From positions 1 to 33,525 of the forward strand of contig JAUCBJ010001548.1 in assembly GCA_032718475.1 (NCBI GenBank): 33,525 nt of DNA. The letters run 5' to 3'. This stretch comes from Nemertoderma westbladi (taxonomy: Eukaryota > Animalia > Xenacoelomorpha). The notes beneath the pieces were generated by a model. That model was not told where the DNA came from, ran no database searches, and was given only the letters and a program-made list of their open reading frames with translations. Below, piece by piece: positions 1 to 10,410 of this stretch; position 1 is the first letter of the stretch, and every line of letters begins with the position of its first letter. Made by a program: the position numbers and the translations under genes.

Positions 1-246
1 GCGCTAGAGAGTCGTCCCTCTAGCCTTCCAACTTCTTATATTATATCAAAAGGTTATATATATAATGATATCGTGTAATGAAACAATATAGGCCGTTAGG
101 TACCGGTAGGTATGTGACAGCAGTATATATATATGAACTCAATGTTGATCTAGTTGCTAGGAAACCCCCGCAGTTGCCACAGAGATCAACCAAGCAAAAA
201 CACGGGTTATCAGTGACCATTAGCCCCGAAGGGGCAGTCCGCTACA
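1..246 (-). repeat. 3' LTR of element 1 (about 7 bp missing at the window edge)
   Basis: Matches 4146-4391 with no difference seen by eye. Ends ...CTACA next to the polypurine tract. Confidence 0.95.
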
Positions 247-258
247 CCACCCCCCCTA
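247..258 (-). promoter_or_regulatory. Polypurine tract of element 1
   Basis: Purine-rich G run on the minus strand (TAGGGGGGGTGG-like) immediately before the 3' LTR. Confidence 0.85.
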
Positions 259-3200
259 GTGATAAACCCAAGGTGTTTTGGTTCCTGTAAAACGCGTGGA
301 CTGTTGTGAAACGCGTCCAGATCGAGTTGTTACGGCGGGTCGCGGTTGAACAGTTTGTTCCGGTGTACAGGGTGGGTTTTGGGTGGTGGTATCCACCAGG
401 GTGGGTGTGTCGTCCACGAAAGCTTGCTTCAGGCGGTCGACAGAGACGTTGGTCGAACGACCGTTGACAGACAGTGTGTAAAACTTGTCCGCCCGTGCCA
501 GAACGCGGAAGGGGCCGTCGTACTGACACTGCAGAGGGCCTTTGTGGGCGTCATGGCGGACAAAGACGTTGTCCGTTCGCAGCAGGTCAGACGGGACGTG
601 TGTGTGGCGGTGTTCCTGGCCATGGCTGGTCGTTGGTGTTGCGCGAAGGCGGCGCATCGAGTTCCTGAGGCCAGTGATAAACTCGCCGTGGTCGGGACGA
701 GTGTCGCTCGAGAGTTCGGAGGATGAGAAGAACTCTCCGGGGAGGCGAATCGTTGTCCCGTAGAGGAGTTCGGCTGATGTGCAGCCGAGGTCTTCTTTCG
801 GGGTAGTCCGTATCCCGAGGAGGACGATCGGGAGTTCATCCACCCAGTTCGGGCCGCGGAGGCGGGCTTTAAGGGACGCCTTAAGCTGCCGGTGGAATCG
901 TTCCACGATGCCGTTGGACTGTGGGTGGTAGGCTGTGGTGTGGTGGGCGTGGGAGCCGAGCAACTCGTTGAGGGAGGCCCACAGTTCGGACGTAAACTGG
1001 GATCCACGGTCCGACGAGATGTGTGCCGGGACGCCGTAGTGGGCCACCCAATGGGCGAGCAGTGCACGGGCGCAGGAGACAGTGGTGGAGTCAGCCATTG
1101 GGACGGCCGTGGGCCATCGGGTGAATCGGTCTACAATGGTAAACAAGTAACAGGCGCCTTGAGAAGGAGGAAGGGGACCCACGATGTCGACGTGGATCTT
1201 CTCAAAGCGTCTGTCTGGGGTTTCAAAACGTTCGAGTGGGGCGGAGACGTGGCGCTGAGTTTTAGCCCGCTGGCAACCGACGCACTCCTTGGCCCACTTC
1301 CCGACATCGCGGTGTAAACCGTGCCAGACGAAACGTTTGGCAATGAGGCGGCGGGATGAACGTATTGAGGGGTGGGAAAGGTCGTGGATGGCGTTGAAAA
1401 TCCGGCGACGCCATTGGTCCGGAATGATCGGACGTGGGCGGGAGGTGGACACGTCGCACAACACGGAAAATGTACCATTGTCTACTGGGATGTCTTGTAG
1501 GACGAGGTTGGTGATTGCGGTGCGATATGCCTGTACACCAGGGTCGTTGTACTGGGCCTGGGACAATGCGGCGTAGTCGATGTGTTGGTTGGGGAGTGTC
1601 GCGTTGAGTTCGATCGGGGGATCTGCATCTGCAAGTTCGACCCGGGAGAGGGCGTCGGCCACGAAGTTCGACTTGCCTTCAATGTGTCGGATGTCGGTTG
1701 TAAATTCCGACACGAACGCTAGGTGGCGCTGTTGACGTGGCGACCAGCGTTCTGAGGCGCTGCTGAAAGCGAAGGTTAGTGGTTTGTGGTCCGTGTAGGT
1801 GTGGAATCTACGTCCCTCGAGGAAGTACTGAAAGTGCCTGATCCCCAGATACATTGCGAGGAGTTCGCGATCGAACGCGCTGTATCGGGTTTCGGCGGGT
1901 CGCAGTTTCCGGGAGAAGAAAGCGACGGGGCGCCAGAGTCCGTCGAGGAACTGCTCGAGGACTCCGCCAACCGCCTTGTCGGAGGCGTCCACGGTGAGGC
2001 TGGTGGCGGCGGAGTGACTCGGATGGACGAGGAGAGTTGCGGAGGCCAACGCGGTCTTGGCGTTCTCAAACGCCGACTCCATGGCGGGTGTCCAGTTAAG
2101 GGACTTCGCGGTCGAAGCGAGTGCACTGTGGAGTGGATGGAGCAACTCCGCGGCCTGGGGGATGAAACGATGATAAAAATTTATCATCCCAACGAATTGT
2201 TGGAGGCCCTTCTTGTCGGCTGGGCGGGGAAACTCCGCGATGGCCTCGACCTTCTCTGGGATTGGCGTTGCACCGGAGGCGGAGATGTTGTGTCCCAGGA
2301 AGGTGAGTGAGGCGACACCGAAAACGCACTTTGATACGTTTATGATTAGTCCATGAGCAGTGAGGCGTTCGAACAACAATCGGAGGTGTCGGAGGTGCTC
2401 TTCGGGGCTGGAACTCGCGACAAGGATGTCGTCGAGGTAAATAAACGCAAAATCGAGCTCCCGGCAGACATTATCCATGAGTCTCTGGAAAGACTGAGCA
2501 GCGTTACGGGTTCCAAAAGGCATCCGGCGGAATTCGAATAAACCGAATGGAGTGATCACTGCGGTCTTTGGGATGTCCTCCTCGGCAACCGGGATTTGAT
2601 GGTATCCCCGGACCAGGTCTACCTTTGAATAGATTGTGGTGCCGGCGAGTTGGGAGGAGAAATCCTGGAGGTGTGGAATGGGGTATCTGTCGGGGATTGT
2701 CGCGTCGTTGAGTCGGCGGTAGTCTCCGCAGGGGCGCCAACCGCCGTTCGGTTTAGGGGCGAGATGGAGCGGGGATGCCCAGGTACTCGAGGAGCGGCGG
2801 ATGATCCCCATCTGCTCCATCTGCTCGAATTCGCGCCGAGCAATGGCGAGTTTCTCGGGGGAAAGTCGACGAGGCCGAGCGTAAACCGGCTGCCCTTTCG
2901 TGGGTATGTGATGTTCCACGCCGTGTTTGGTGCTCGGCTGCGAAAAACAGGGTTCTGTTAGAGTGGGGAACTCTGACAAGAGTTTGTTGTACATATTGTC
3001 GGTTTGGTCGATGGAATGGAGGCCAGGAGCGACAGTATCGGCAAGACGTGCCGGTGTACTGGTGAAGGTCTTCGCATCGATTATACGTTGCCCCTTTATA
3101 TCGATGAGCAGTCCGTTGTTGCGGAAAAAGTCGGCGCCGAGAATCGGTTGTGAAACGTCGGCGAGGGTAAACTTCCAGTTCATCCGGCCCAGATTCAAGT

Positions 3201-3438
3201 TTAGCGGGATTTCCCGAGTTCCGAAAGTCTTAATTGGGCTGCCGTTTGCTGCGACGAGGGAAACGGTTGGCGTGTTGAGGCGCCGTTCTCGTGGGGAGGC
3301 GGGGAAAACGCTGAGTTCGGCCCCGGAGTCGACAAGGAACCGTAGACCAGCGTTCCGGTCCCAGACATAGAGGAGGCGACTTGTACCGTCTCGACCAGCG
3401 GCACTCGCCGCCATTAGTGGCTGGTCGGGCCGTTTCCC
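256..3438 (-). CDS. pol: Pol polyprotein (aspartic protease, reverse transcriptase, RNase H, integrase)
   Basis: FLVDSGA protease; RMPFG and YLDD in RT; TVDAS, DRELLA and TDHKPL in RNase H; HHCC, HVDIVGP, SDRG and VERFH in integrase; YDGPF in the GPY/F region. Uninterrupted ORF, probably entered by a -1 frameshift at 3432-3438. Confidence 0.96.
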   Translation of the reverse strand, partial: GKRPDQPLMAASAAGRDGTSRLLYVWDRNAGLRFLVDSGAELSVFPASPRERRLNTPTVSLVAANGSPIKTFGTREIPLNLNLGRMNWKFTLADVSQPILGADFFRNNGLLIDIKGQRIIDAKTFTSTPARLADTVAPGLHSIDQTDNMYNKLLSEFPTLTEPCFSQPSTKHGVEHHIPTKGQPVYARPRRLSPEKLAIARREFEQMEQMGIIRRSSSTWASPLHLAPKPNGGWRPCGDYRRLNDATIPDRYPIPHLQDFSSQLAGTTIYSKVDLVRGYHQIPVAEEDIPKTAVITPFGLFEFRRMPFGTRNAAQSFQRLMDNVCRELDFAFIYLDDILVASSSPEEHLRHLRLLFERLTAHGLIINVSKCVFGVASLTFLGHNISASGATPIPEKVEAIAEFPRPADKKGLQQFVGMINFYHRFIPQAAELLHPLHSALASTAKSLNWTPAMESAFENAKTALASATLLVHPSHSAATSLTVDASDKAVGGVLEQFLDGLWRPVAFFSRKLRPAETRYSAFDRELLAMYLGIRHFQYFLEGRRFHTYTDHKPLTFAFSSASERWSPRQQRHLAFVSEFTTDIRHIEGKSNFVADALSRVELADADPPIELNATLPNQHIDYAALSQAQYNDPGVQAYRTAITNLVLQDIPVDNGTFSVLCDVSTSRPRPIIPDQWRRRIFNAIHDLSHPSIRSSRRLIAKRFVWHGLHRDVGKWAKECVGCQRAKTQRHVSAPLERFETPDRRFEKIHVDIVGPLPPSQGACYLFTIVDRFTRWPTAVPMADSTTVSCARALLAHWVAHYGVPAHISSDRGSQFTSELWASLNELLGSHAHHTTAYHPQSNGIVERFHRQLKASLKARLRGPNWVDELPIVLLGIRTTPKEDLGCTSAELLYGTTIRLPGEFFSSSELSSDTRPDHGEFITGLRNSMRRLRATPTTSHGQEHRHTHVPSDLLRTDNVFVRHDAHKGPLQCQYDGPFRVLARADKFYTLSVNGRSTNVSVDRLKQAFVDDTPTLVDTTTQNPPCTPEQTVQPRPAVTTRSGRVSQQSTRFTGTKTPWVYH

Positions 3439-4076
3439 GAGAAGGAACACGGGGCCTTACAGTTCTTCGCTTTGGCACCGTACTTGGCGTGGTACCAGCA
3501 TAACGTCGAGGAAGTCGAGGACCGTGCTGGCGTATCGCGTCCCCCGTCGCTGCGGTGGGGGCGACTGACTCCGAAAGCGGGAGGTTGTTGGGCCTTGGTC
3601 TCGACAACGGCGTCGGCGGCTTCCGCGAGTTCGCGAACGTCAGCAATTTTTAAGGCGGAAACCATTAGCCGGACATCGTCTGGAAGTTGCTGAAGAAACA
3701 GTTGGCGGAACAGTTGATCCACGGGGTTGTTGCCGTTTAATGCCAGCATGTAGTCCAGCAATTCTGTAGGTCGTTTGTCGCCGAGTCCAGGAAGGTTTAA
3801 TAGTTTAGAGGCCTTCTGCTCCGGTGTCAGGCCGTAACACCGCAGGAGAGCCGCCTTCAGGAAATCATATTTCCCGGTGGTTGGGGGGTTCGAGATCGTC
3901 GCTACCATCCGACTGGCCACGGTTTGTTCCAGCGCGGCGACGACGTAGAAATACCGCGTTTCGTCAGTGGTGATGGCGCGGGTAGCGAATTGGGCCTCGG
4001 CCTGGAGGAACCACACGTGCGGTTCGAGGGGCCAAAACGTTGGTAGTTTTAGTGATACCGCGTTTTGTTCTGCCAT
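3414..4076 (-). CDS. gag: Gag protein of element 1
   Basis: N-terminal VSLKLPTFW...WFLQAEAQF motif and C-terminal CWYH-x9-C-x3-C (CHCC) zinc knuckle, located upstream of pol. Confidence 0.93.
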   Translation of the reverse strand: MAEQNAVSLKLPTFWPLEPHVWFLQAEAQFATRAITTDETRYFYVVAALEQTVASRMVATISNPPTTGKYDFLKAALLRCYGLTPEQKASKLLNLPGLGDKRPTELLDYMLALNGNNPVDQLFRQLFLQQLPDDVRLMVSALKIADVRELAEAADAVVETKAQQPPAFGVSRPHRSDGGRDTPARSSTSSTLCWYHAKYGAKAKNCKAPCSFSGNGPTSH

Positions 4077-4120
4077 CGTGATCGTGACGTTGGTTGTTCC
4101 GGTTATCGGGTGGTAGCAAA

Positions 4121-4137
4121 TCTCGTCCGGGTCACCA
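4121..4137 (-). promoter_or_regulatory. Primer binding site, tRNA-Trp type
   Basis: TGGTGACCCGGACGAGA on the minus strand, 1 nt from the 5' LTR. Resembles the complement of the tRNA-Trp 3' end. Confidence 0.85.
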
Positions 4138-4138
4138 A

Positions 4139-4391
4139 TGTGGGAGCGCTAGAGAGTCGTCCCTCTAGCCTTCCAACTTCTTATATTATATCAAAAGGTT
4201 ATATATATAATGATATCGTGTAATGAAACAATATAGGCCGTTAGGTACCGGTAGGTATGTGACAGCAGTATATATATATGAACTCAATGTTGATCTAGTT
4301 GCTAGGAAACCCCCGCAGTTGCCACAGAGATCAACCAAGCAAAAACACGGGTTATCAGTGACCATTAGCCCCGAAGGGGCAGTCCGCTACA
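4139..4391 (-). repeat. 5' LTR of element 1 (253 bp, TGT...ACA)
   Basis: Direct repeat of 1-246 with canonical termini. Confidence 0.95.
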
Positions 4392-5098
4392 CCATCAATC
4401 GGTGCTGAATTAGTATCACATAGAACTTGGATTTAGGGTAGTAGATACTGTTTGTAATTTATTTCGCCAATTAATTTGGTAGCGGTTGGTTTGTATTATT
4501 TTATTATTGTAATTATTAAGTACACCTTGTACGGAGTTAGAGCACACAAGGTCATTGAACCTTAGCGTAGCATACAGTTTTAGAACCGACCAAATAGGCA
4601 ATGTACGCAAATGTTTGAATATATTAATTTTGGTAAACATTGATTGCTCTTTGTATAGCCAACTCTGAACGAAAGATTTTGGAAAGATATATAAAGTTAC
4701 CCAAAACCCGTTTCATATATCTAATTAATTAAAATTTGATTCGAAATTATCCCGATTCCCAAATTAGGGATCCCGGGAGTGGAAATCCCGAAATGTCTGA
4801 TCCCGTTACACTAACTACACACTACAAACATAATACATTTCATCAAATTTCCACGAGCTGTTAATGAGATATTGACGATCGAAATTTGATCCTGGCAGAG
4901 AGAGGGACAATGTCAATTTGTCCATTCTAAACTGTAAGGTTCATTCACTTCGTGGCTCGCCCCTTAGTTATTGATTATGTTATTGTTTTGTTGAATATGT
5001 TATGCTGCTATGCAGGATGTTACACAATCGTGATTTTGGTTGAAACATTAATTTTATGCCGTAGAGTGATTTTTTTCAATTTTAAACTTTATATTTAA

Positions 5099-5810
5099 GG
5101 GGGGGGGGTACACCATTTTGGTCAAAAATATGTCGAAATTTTTTTTATGGTCTATTATAATGCACCATTGAATGGTGTTTCCATATCTGAAAACCGCTAT
5201 TTAATAGCTCTTTTAGTTTTTAAGTTATAACAATTTCCATTTAGGGATTCCTATTGAAATTACTATTACTATGTATAATGAAAGGTCGATTATCTCAAAA
5301 TATTTTTTTTATGAAATTGTCAACTTCAAAACCCTACTACTTCTACAATTTTTGAGCAATTAGTCTGAAACTTTCTGTGAGTGTCTACATAGCGACCCTG
5401 CATAAAAGTATCAGACAACTTTTCGAAATTATTTGTTAATAAAATTTAATACTATTTATAACAAACCTAAAAATTAGGCATAAATTTACAGCGCCACCTA
5501 GCGGTGCAGAATTATTTTCACAAAATTTCGCCTGATAGTTATGTTGCCCCATCTTTGATCTATCATATAAAAAAACTTTCATGTGATTAGATACAAAACT
5601 GTAAAAGCCTTAGGGTTTTAAGCGAAACCAAGTTTTTTTTGTTGTTAACTAATATTAACTAATATTAAATAGCGAAAAATAAAAATTTTCTAACCTGTCA
5701 TGTAGAATAGCATCTTAGGCACCAATATTCCAAATTATAGCCAAAACCAAACAATTTTGAAACGCTGAGAGTGATAAATCGAAGAGTTGTCCGAAAATGG
5801 TGTACCCCCC
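5099..5810. mobile_element. Non-autonomous DNA transposon (Kolobok-like MITE, 712 bp)
   Basis: TIRs GGGGGGTACACCATTTT / AAAATGGTGTACCCCCC, TTAA on both sides (5095-5098 and 5811-5814), and an empty single-TTAA site in the paralog near 13320. GG...CC ends with TTAA fit Kolobok better than piggyBac. Confidence 0.88.
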
Positions 5811-6149
5811 TTAATTTGGTTTATTCTAATAAAGTAATTTAATAACCTATTCGTTGTACAGCGGATGTGGACGTTAAATATTATAGAAGAAGATTAAAAA
5901 ATATTGTCTTGTTCCTTTTCATTGTTTAAATTAATTGACGGTGAAGTAAAATGCATCACGGTTTATTTCGGTATTATTATTTTGATTTAGACAGGATATA
6001 TGTTGGCCTAACTAATTAAATAATTATTAGGAACAGATTTTCATTGTTTGTTAACTTTGTTTACTATCATGTTGCAAATTTTTTTATAAAATAAATGCTT
6101 AACATGTGCAAATTACAGTATTAGTATGGGTTAGTGCTGGCTGATAAAA

Positions 6150-6715
6150 AGGTAACTGACACTCAGATTTGTAATTGAGTACCTGAATTCGTTACTGGAT
6201 ATTTTGATATTCTCATGGCATTTGTTAACTGGGTTCTTGGGTTTGTTTCTGGCAACTTAGATTTGTAACTGGGCAGCTGAATTTATTACCTGGAACTCAG
6301 ATCTAAAAGTGGGTGCTCTGATCTGTAACCAGTAACTACAAATCATAACCAGAGACATAAATTCGTAACTGGGTGCTCATCTTTGTAACCAAACACTGAT
6401 TTTACGTGGGAACACAGATTTGTAACCAGGTACCGAGATTCGTAACTGGGAACTCCAATTCGTAACCAGGTTCTCAGATTAATAAATGATAACTCAGATT
6501 CGAAACCAGAAAGTCAGATTCACAACCATAAACTAAGATTTGTAACAAGGTACTCCAATTTACAACTATGATCATTATCATAATTGTGAGAACAGATTCG
6601 TACCAAGGTGCTTCGATTTGTAACCGAGAACACTAAATTGTTACAGGAATCTCAGATTTGTAACCAAAAACACAGATTTATAACCAGAAACTCAGATTTG
6701 TAACTTGGTAACCGC
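6150..6715. repeat. Degenerate ~20-bp tandem repeat (CAGATTYGTAAC core)
   Basis: GTAAC recurs at ~20-bp spacing (e.g. 6422, 6442, 6462). Paralogous copy at about 13475-13995. Confidence 0.75.
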
Positions 6716-6936
6716 AACCAATTGACAGTTTTTATGAAATACAATATCGGCTCCTTATCGGGCCGCTAAGCCAGTCCCTAGACAACCTTTATTAATCATT
6801 ATAACAAAAGGCGCACGTAGCAGTTCAATCTAAAACTAACGTCATATATAGTTTACTAGTTTAAACCGCAACCAGGGAGCAATAGTGTCTACCAATATAC
6901 ATGAAAGTTGAGAAACGTTCCTGACAAACATTACAG

Positions 6937-7514
6937 TTACCGAGTCTCCCCACTGCGGATACATTTGTGGCGCTTTGCATGATGTCGTTGGGAGAAACAT
7001 TTTCCGCATGTATCGCAGCTAAACGGTCGTTCCCCTGTATGTGATCTCTTGTGGCGCGTTAGATTGCTGCTCTCCGTAAATTCCTTCCCACACGTCTCGC
7101 ACACGTACGGTCGATCTTTCGTGTGAATTCTTTTGTGGGACGTTAAAATGCCGCTCTCCGTAAATCCTTTCCCACACGTGTCGCACATATACGGACGCTC
7201 TCCGGAATGCGTCCTCTTGTGATTGGTTAGGTTGCCTAGGTGAGAGAATCGTTTTTTGCAGATACCGCATTGGTAAGGACGCTCGCCGGTGTGGGTCCGT
7301 TGGTGTATAATTAGGTGGCTGTTCGATGGGAACGTCTTACCACAAGTATCACAGCTGAAGGGCTTCTGATTGGAGCGGCTTCCTTTCACAATATCTTGGG
7401 GTTGAATCCCAGACGGACCAGGTTGGTCGAAGGGATTATTCATACTTCGGAGTGTTACGTCATCCTCGGAAGTGAACATGTCTGAATCATCAGGGGATGA
7501 TTGTGATTGGCCGC
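6937..7514 (-). CDS. C2H2 zinc-finger gene copy A, last exon (4 C2H2 fingers + 1 C2HC)
   Basis: CxxC-x12-H-x3-H repeats with TGERPY-type linkers. Acceptor atccag at 7515 is phase 1 and in frame with the exon at 8054-9017. Confidence 0.9.
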
Positions 7515-7627
7515 CTGGATAATGTAATGGGGTGGATTAATAATGGAGAATATTTATTAATGTAGTTTTAAATTAATATAATTTCTAGACTCATAACTAT
7601 TATAACTGGATCACGATAACAAGAAAC

Positions 7628-7997
7628 AGGGATCCCGGTGAAAAAATGCAATCCCAGTCCAGATCCCGACTTTTTTGGAACGGGATCCCGATGTATAAAT
7701 AGTGAAGTAAATTTGTTGAATATCTGATAAATAGTTCCAGCAGAACGGATTATACCGAATTTTTATGTCAGTAAACCATCCAGTACTTTATTGCAAAATA
7801 ATTGTCTTTATCTTACTAATATTTCAGAAGTGTAAGATAAAGTGAGTGTTACCCTACACCTACCACATATACTAATAACTTTAAGGAGATTCATCAAAAA
7901 TTCTGAAATTGCAATCCCGATTCAAAAAAACGGGATCCTGAGAGTAATATTTCCGGTCCCGGAAATTCCGAAAAGTCTGATCCCATTTAAACACTAG
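7628..7997. mobile_element. Degenerate MITE-like remnant with ATCCCG/CGGGAT subterminal motifs in the intron of ZNF copy A
   Basis: Repeated GATCCCG motifs. Its right end (TCTGATCCC...ACACTA) resembles 4740-4813. Absent from the paralogous intron. Confidence 0.45.
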
Positions 7998-8053
7998 TTT
8001 GCAAGGAATACGGACTATAAACTATGTTTGCTATCCAAAACATATTAACTCAC

Positions 8054-9017
8054 CGATACCGGAAACTGTTGTTGATTTAGGTCTTAACGGAAGGTTGTAG
8101 GTGTTGGAAAGGCGTAAATCGAAGTCGCCTAGAGAATGAAAAGTGAGGCTTGGTGTGAAGCTAGTGGGTGGGGAGAGACCCTGGGTGGTGTGGGGGGCCG
8201 ATGAGCTAGTCCCTGTTAGGATATCGTTACGGATTCCATATGCTAAATCTACAGGGGAGAACAAATCGCCCAAGCCATCGCCAACCTCATTTAGATCGGG
8301 TTTATATTCATGTTCATCTTCCGTCTTAATGCGTAGGATTACCGGAACATCTGACTGGTCTGCTGATAGAGGTTGTGTAGAATAATGGTTTGAGTTGGTT
8401 GTGGTTACTGCAGGGGTATAGAAGGATAAGTTGCTATAAGATAATAACGTAGAACTGGCTGTAGGCCTATTATTACTCGATTCAGATTCAAAGAGGTTTG
8501 GATTGGTGTCTATCCGACTCAGTTTGGGATCTATTTGTCTTTGTTCTCCCGGGAGGTCTGTCTGGTTGTGTTGTTGTAACCTCACCACAGGCTGCATAGA
8601 GGAGGGTTCGGTAGGTTGGTTGCGTTGATTCGAGTATAGAGATTGCGGATGCTTTCCTGTCACAGGATTGTCATTGTTGTGGTACATGGCCGATGTCCTC
8701 AATGGACACTGCGGCATACTGGTCTTGCGGTACCCGGCAGTCGGGACAGTGGTCGGCGATTGGGCCGGACAGATGGGGGCTAGAGTAGAGGTGGTGGCGG
8801 CGTTGTTAGACCCAGAGGAGAGTGAACGCTGCAGCCACTCGGTAATATGAGCAGCTGTACAATTCTTAGCAACATAAGAGTCCAGAAAAATCGAGTTAGC
8901 GTCCAGGTAATCTTCCAGAAACGTCCGTACAAATGAACCATTTTCTGAACAGATGTTCGCGAACATCGATTTGGTAATTACCAATGCGTTGCCTGACTCA
9001 GAAGTAAACCATTCCAT
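8054..9017 (-). CDS. C2H2 zinc-finger gene copy A, upstream coding exon (conserved N-terminal domain + S/T/P/Q-rich linker)
   Basis: ATG at 9017, donor G|GTGAGT at 8053, 964 nt (phase 1). Homologous to 15986-16979. Confidence 0.8.
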
Positions 9018-9879
9018 TGTCTGATTGCTGTCACTTCACTTCAAAGTTCAAGTCGTCCCAGTTCGAGAAGCAATATGAACAATAATGTTTTAATATAGCA
9101 ATACTGCAATAGGAGCAGGCCAGGCCTAATGAGCTAATATTGTAATCAGGTAATAGTTTATACCGGTTATCAGTTATATTAATTCTACAATAATTCAGTA
9201 ATTACTGAATTATGGATCTATTTCTGTATTTCGCTTTGGTTGATTGGGTCAGTGGGTTGTTGCCAGTCCCTTAGTTCTGCAGTTTTCAGTTTTGGCCTGT
9301 TGGGTTTCAGTAATTTCGCGTTATACAGTCTGACAGCCTGACTGCAATACTTCCAAAACTTGCGCCAGATAGTGCCATTAAACCGCGCCAGTAGTGGCGC
9401 GTCCAAAATCGCCATTTTCAAGCCATTCGTTAATATAATTTAATGTCCCGGCCGGATACCCGGGTTCTTTCCTTAAAACATCTGATATTTAATTAAAACA
9501 GCGGATTTGTTTGGGGTGCATGTAAAGAGCGGACTGCGGACTACGGACTGCGGATTGTCAATTAAAAGCCCAAATATGCGCGGTCAATTTGAATTATAGC
9601 ATTATAATGTAAGAATCCGCTCTTTGTTGTCTGGACCATGGAATACTAAATTAAGACGGAACCACATATCTGTTATTGTGTCGTTTGCATAGAGGGGTTA
9701 CGGATATACCGGTACCAGTTAGTTTCTGCTGTAATGCGTGTACCTACCGCTGTAGCTGTATCTTACTTTATTTTATATTAATAGGCCTATAATTAATTAT
9801 TATTATTTTTATTAAAAATTATTATTAATTATAATTAATAAAGGTGGACTTGGTCGTTTGCACGAGAAGGTATCAACAT

Positions 9880-10410
9880 GAAGGTATCAAATCAAGTATA
9901 ATTGCGGTTCTTGTGACAATTAATTTAGTGACAAAGGATATCTAAAGAAAAACATAGTAATCAGTTCATAGAGGTATCTAGTATAAATGCGGTTCCTGTG
10001 ACAAACAATTTAGTCAAAAAGGAAATCTAAAGGTACACATGGAATAAGTACATAAAGTTATCAAGTATAATTGCGGTTCTTGTGACAAACAATTTAGTGA
10101 CAAAGGAAAGCTAAGGACCCACATGGAATCAGTACAAAAAGGTATCAAATCAAGTATAATTGCGGTTCTTGTGACAATTAATTTAGTTACAAAGGATATC
10201 TAAAGAAACACATGGAATCAGTACATAGAGGTATCAAGTATAATTGCGGTTCTTGTGACAAACAATTTAGTGACAAAGGATATCTAAAGAAACACATGGA
10301 ATCAGTACATAAAGGTATAAAATCAATTATAATTGCGGTTCTTGTGACAAACAATTTAGTGACAAAGGGAAATGAAAACACATATACACTCAGTTCACAA
10401 AGATACCAAT
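9880..10410 (+). pseudogene. Decayed tandem C2H2 zinc-finger array (about 6 fingers, 84-bp unit KYNCGSCDKQFSDKGYLKKHMESVHRGI)
   Basis: TGCGGTTC(T/C)TGTGAC recurs near 9903, 9988, 10072, 10161, 10245 and 10334. Interrupted by 5-bp TCAAA duplications and stop codons. Confidence 0.85.

Larger units (their letters stand above)
1..4391 (-). mobile_element. Full-length Gypsy/Ty3 LTR retrotransposon (CsRn1-clade-like), element 1; the 3' LTR is cut by the window start
   Basis: Direct LTRs at 1-246 and 4139-4391, a PBS, a PPT, gag with a CHCC motif and pol in PR-RT-RH-IN order. CHCC gag plus a tRNA-Trp PBS is characteristic of the CsRn1 clade. Confidence 0.96.
4787..9135. repeat. Segmental duplication copy A (paralogous to about 13018-17091)
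   Basis: Colinear similarity from CCCGAAATGTCTGATCCC through both zinc-finger exons to GGCCTAATG. The copies differ by MITE insertions and in the intron interior. Confidence 0.9.

Noticed and set aside
78-290. 70-aa ORF (and its twin at 4223-4408) as a gene
   Set aside because: It lies antisense within the LTRs, and its duplication is explained by the LTR repeat.
1716-1730. CTCF-like motif CGCTAGGTGGCGCTG inside pol
   Set aside because: It is explained by codons for the conserved QRHLA peptide.
346-3693. Many alternative-frame and antisense ORFs over element 1
   Set aside because: They are expected shadows of a GC-rich coding region and show no motifs.
5099-5810. piggyBac assignment from the TTAA TSD
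   Set aside because: The termini are GG...CC rather than the CC...GG typical of piggyBac.
9360-9425. YY1-like AAAATGGCG promoter for ZNF copy A
   Set aside because: It is a single short motif with no counterpart upstream of copy B, which is too little support.
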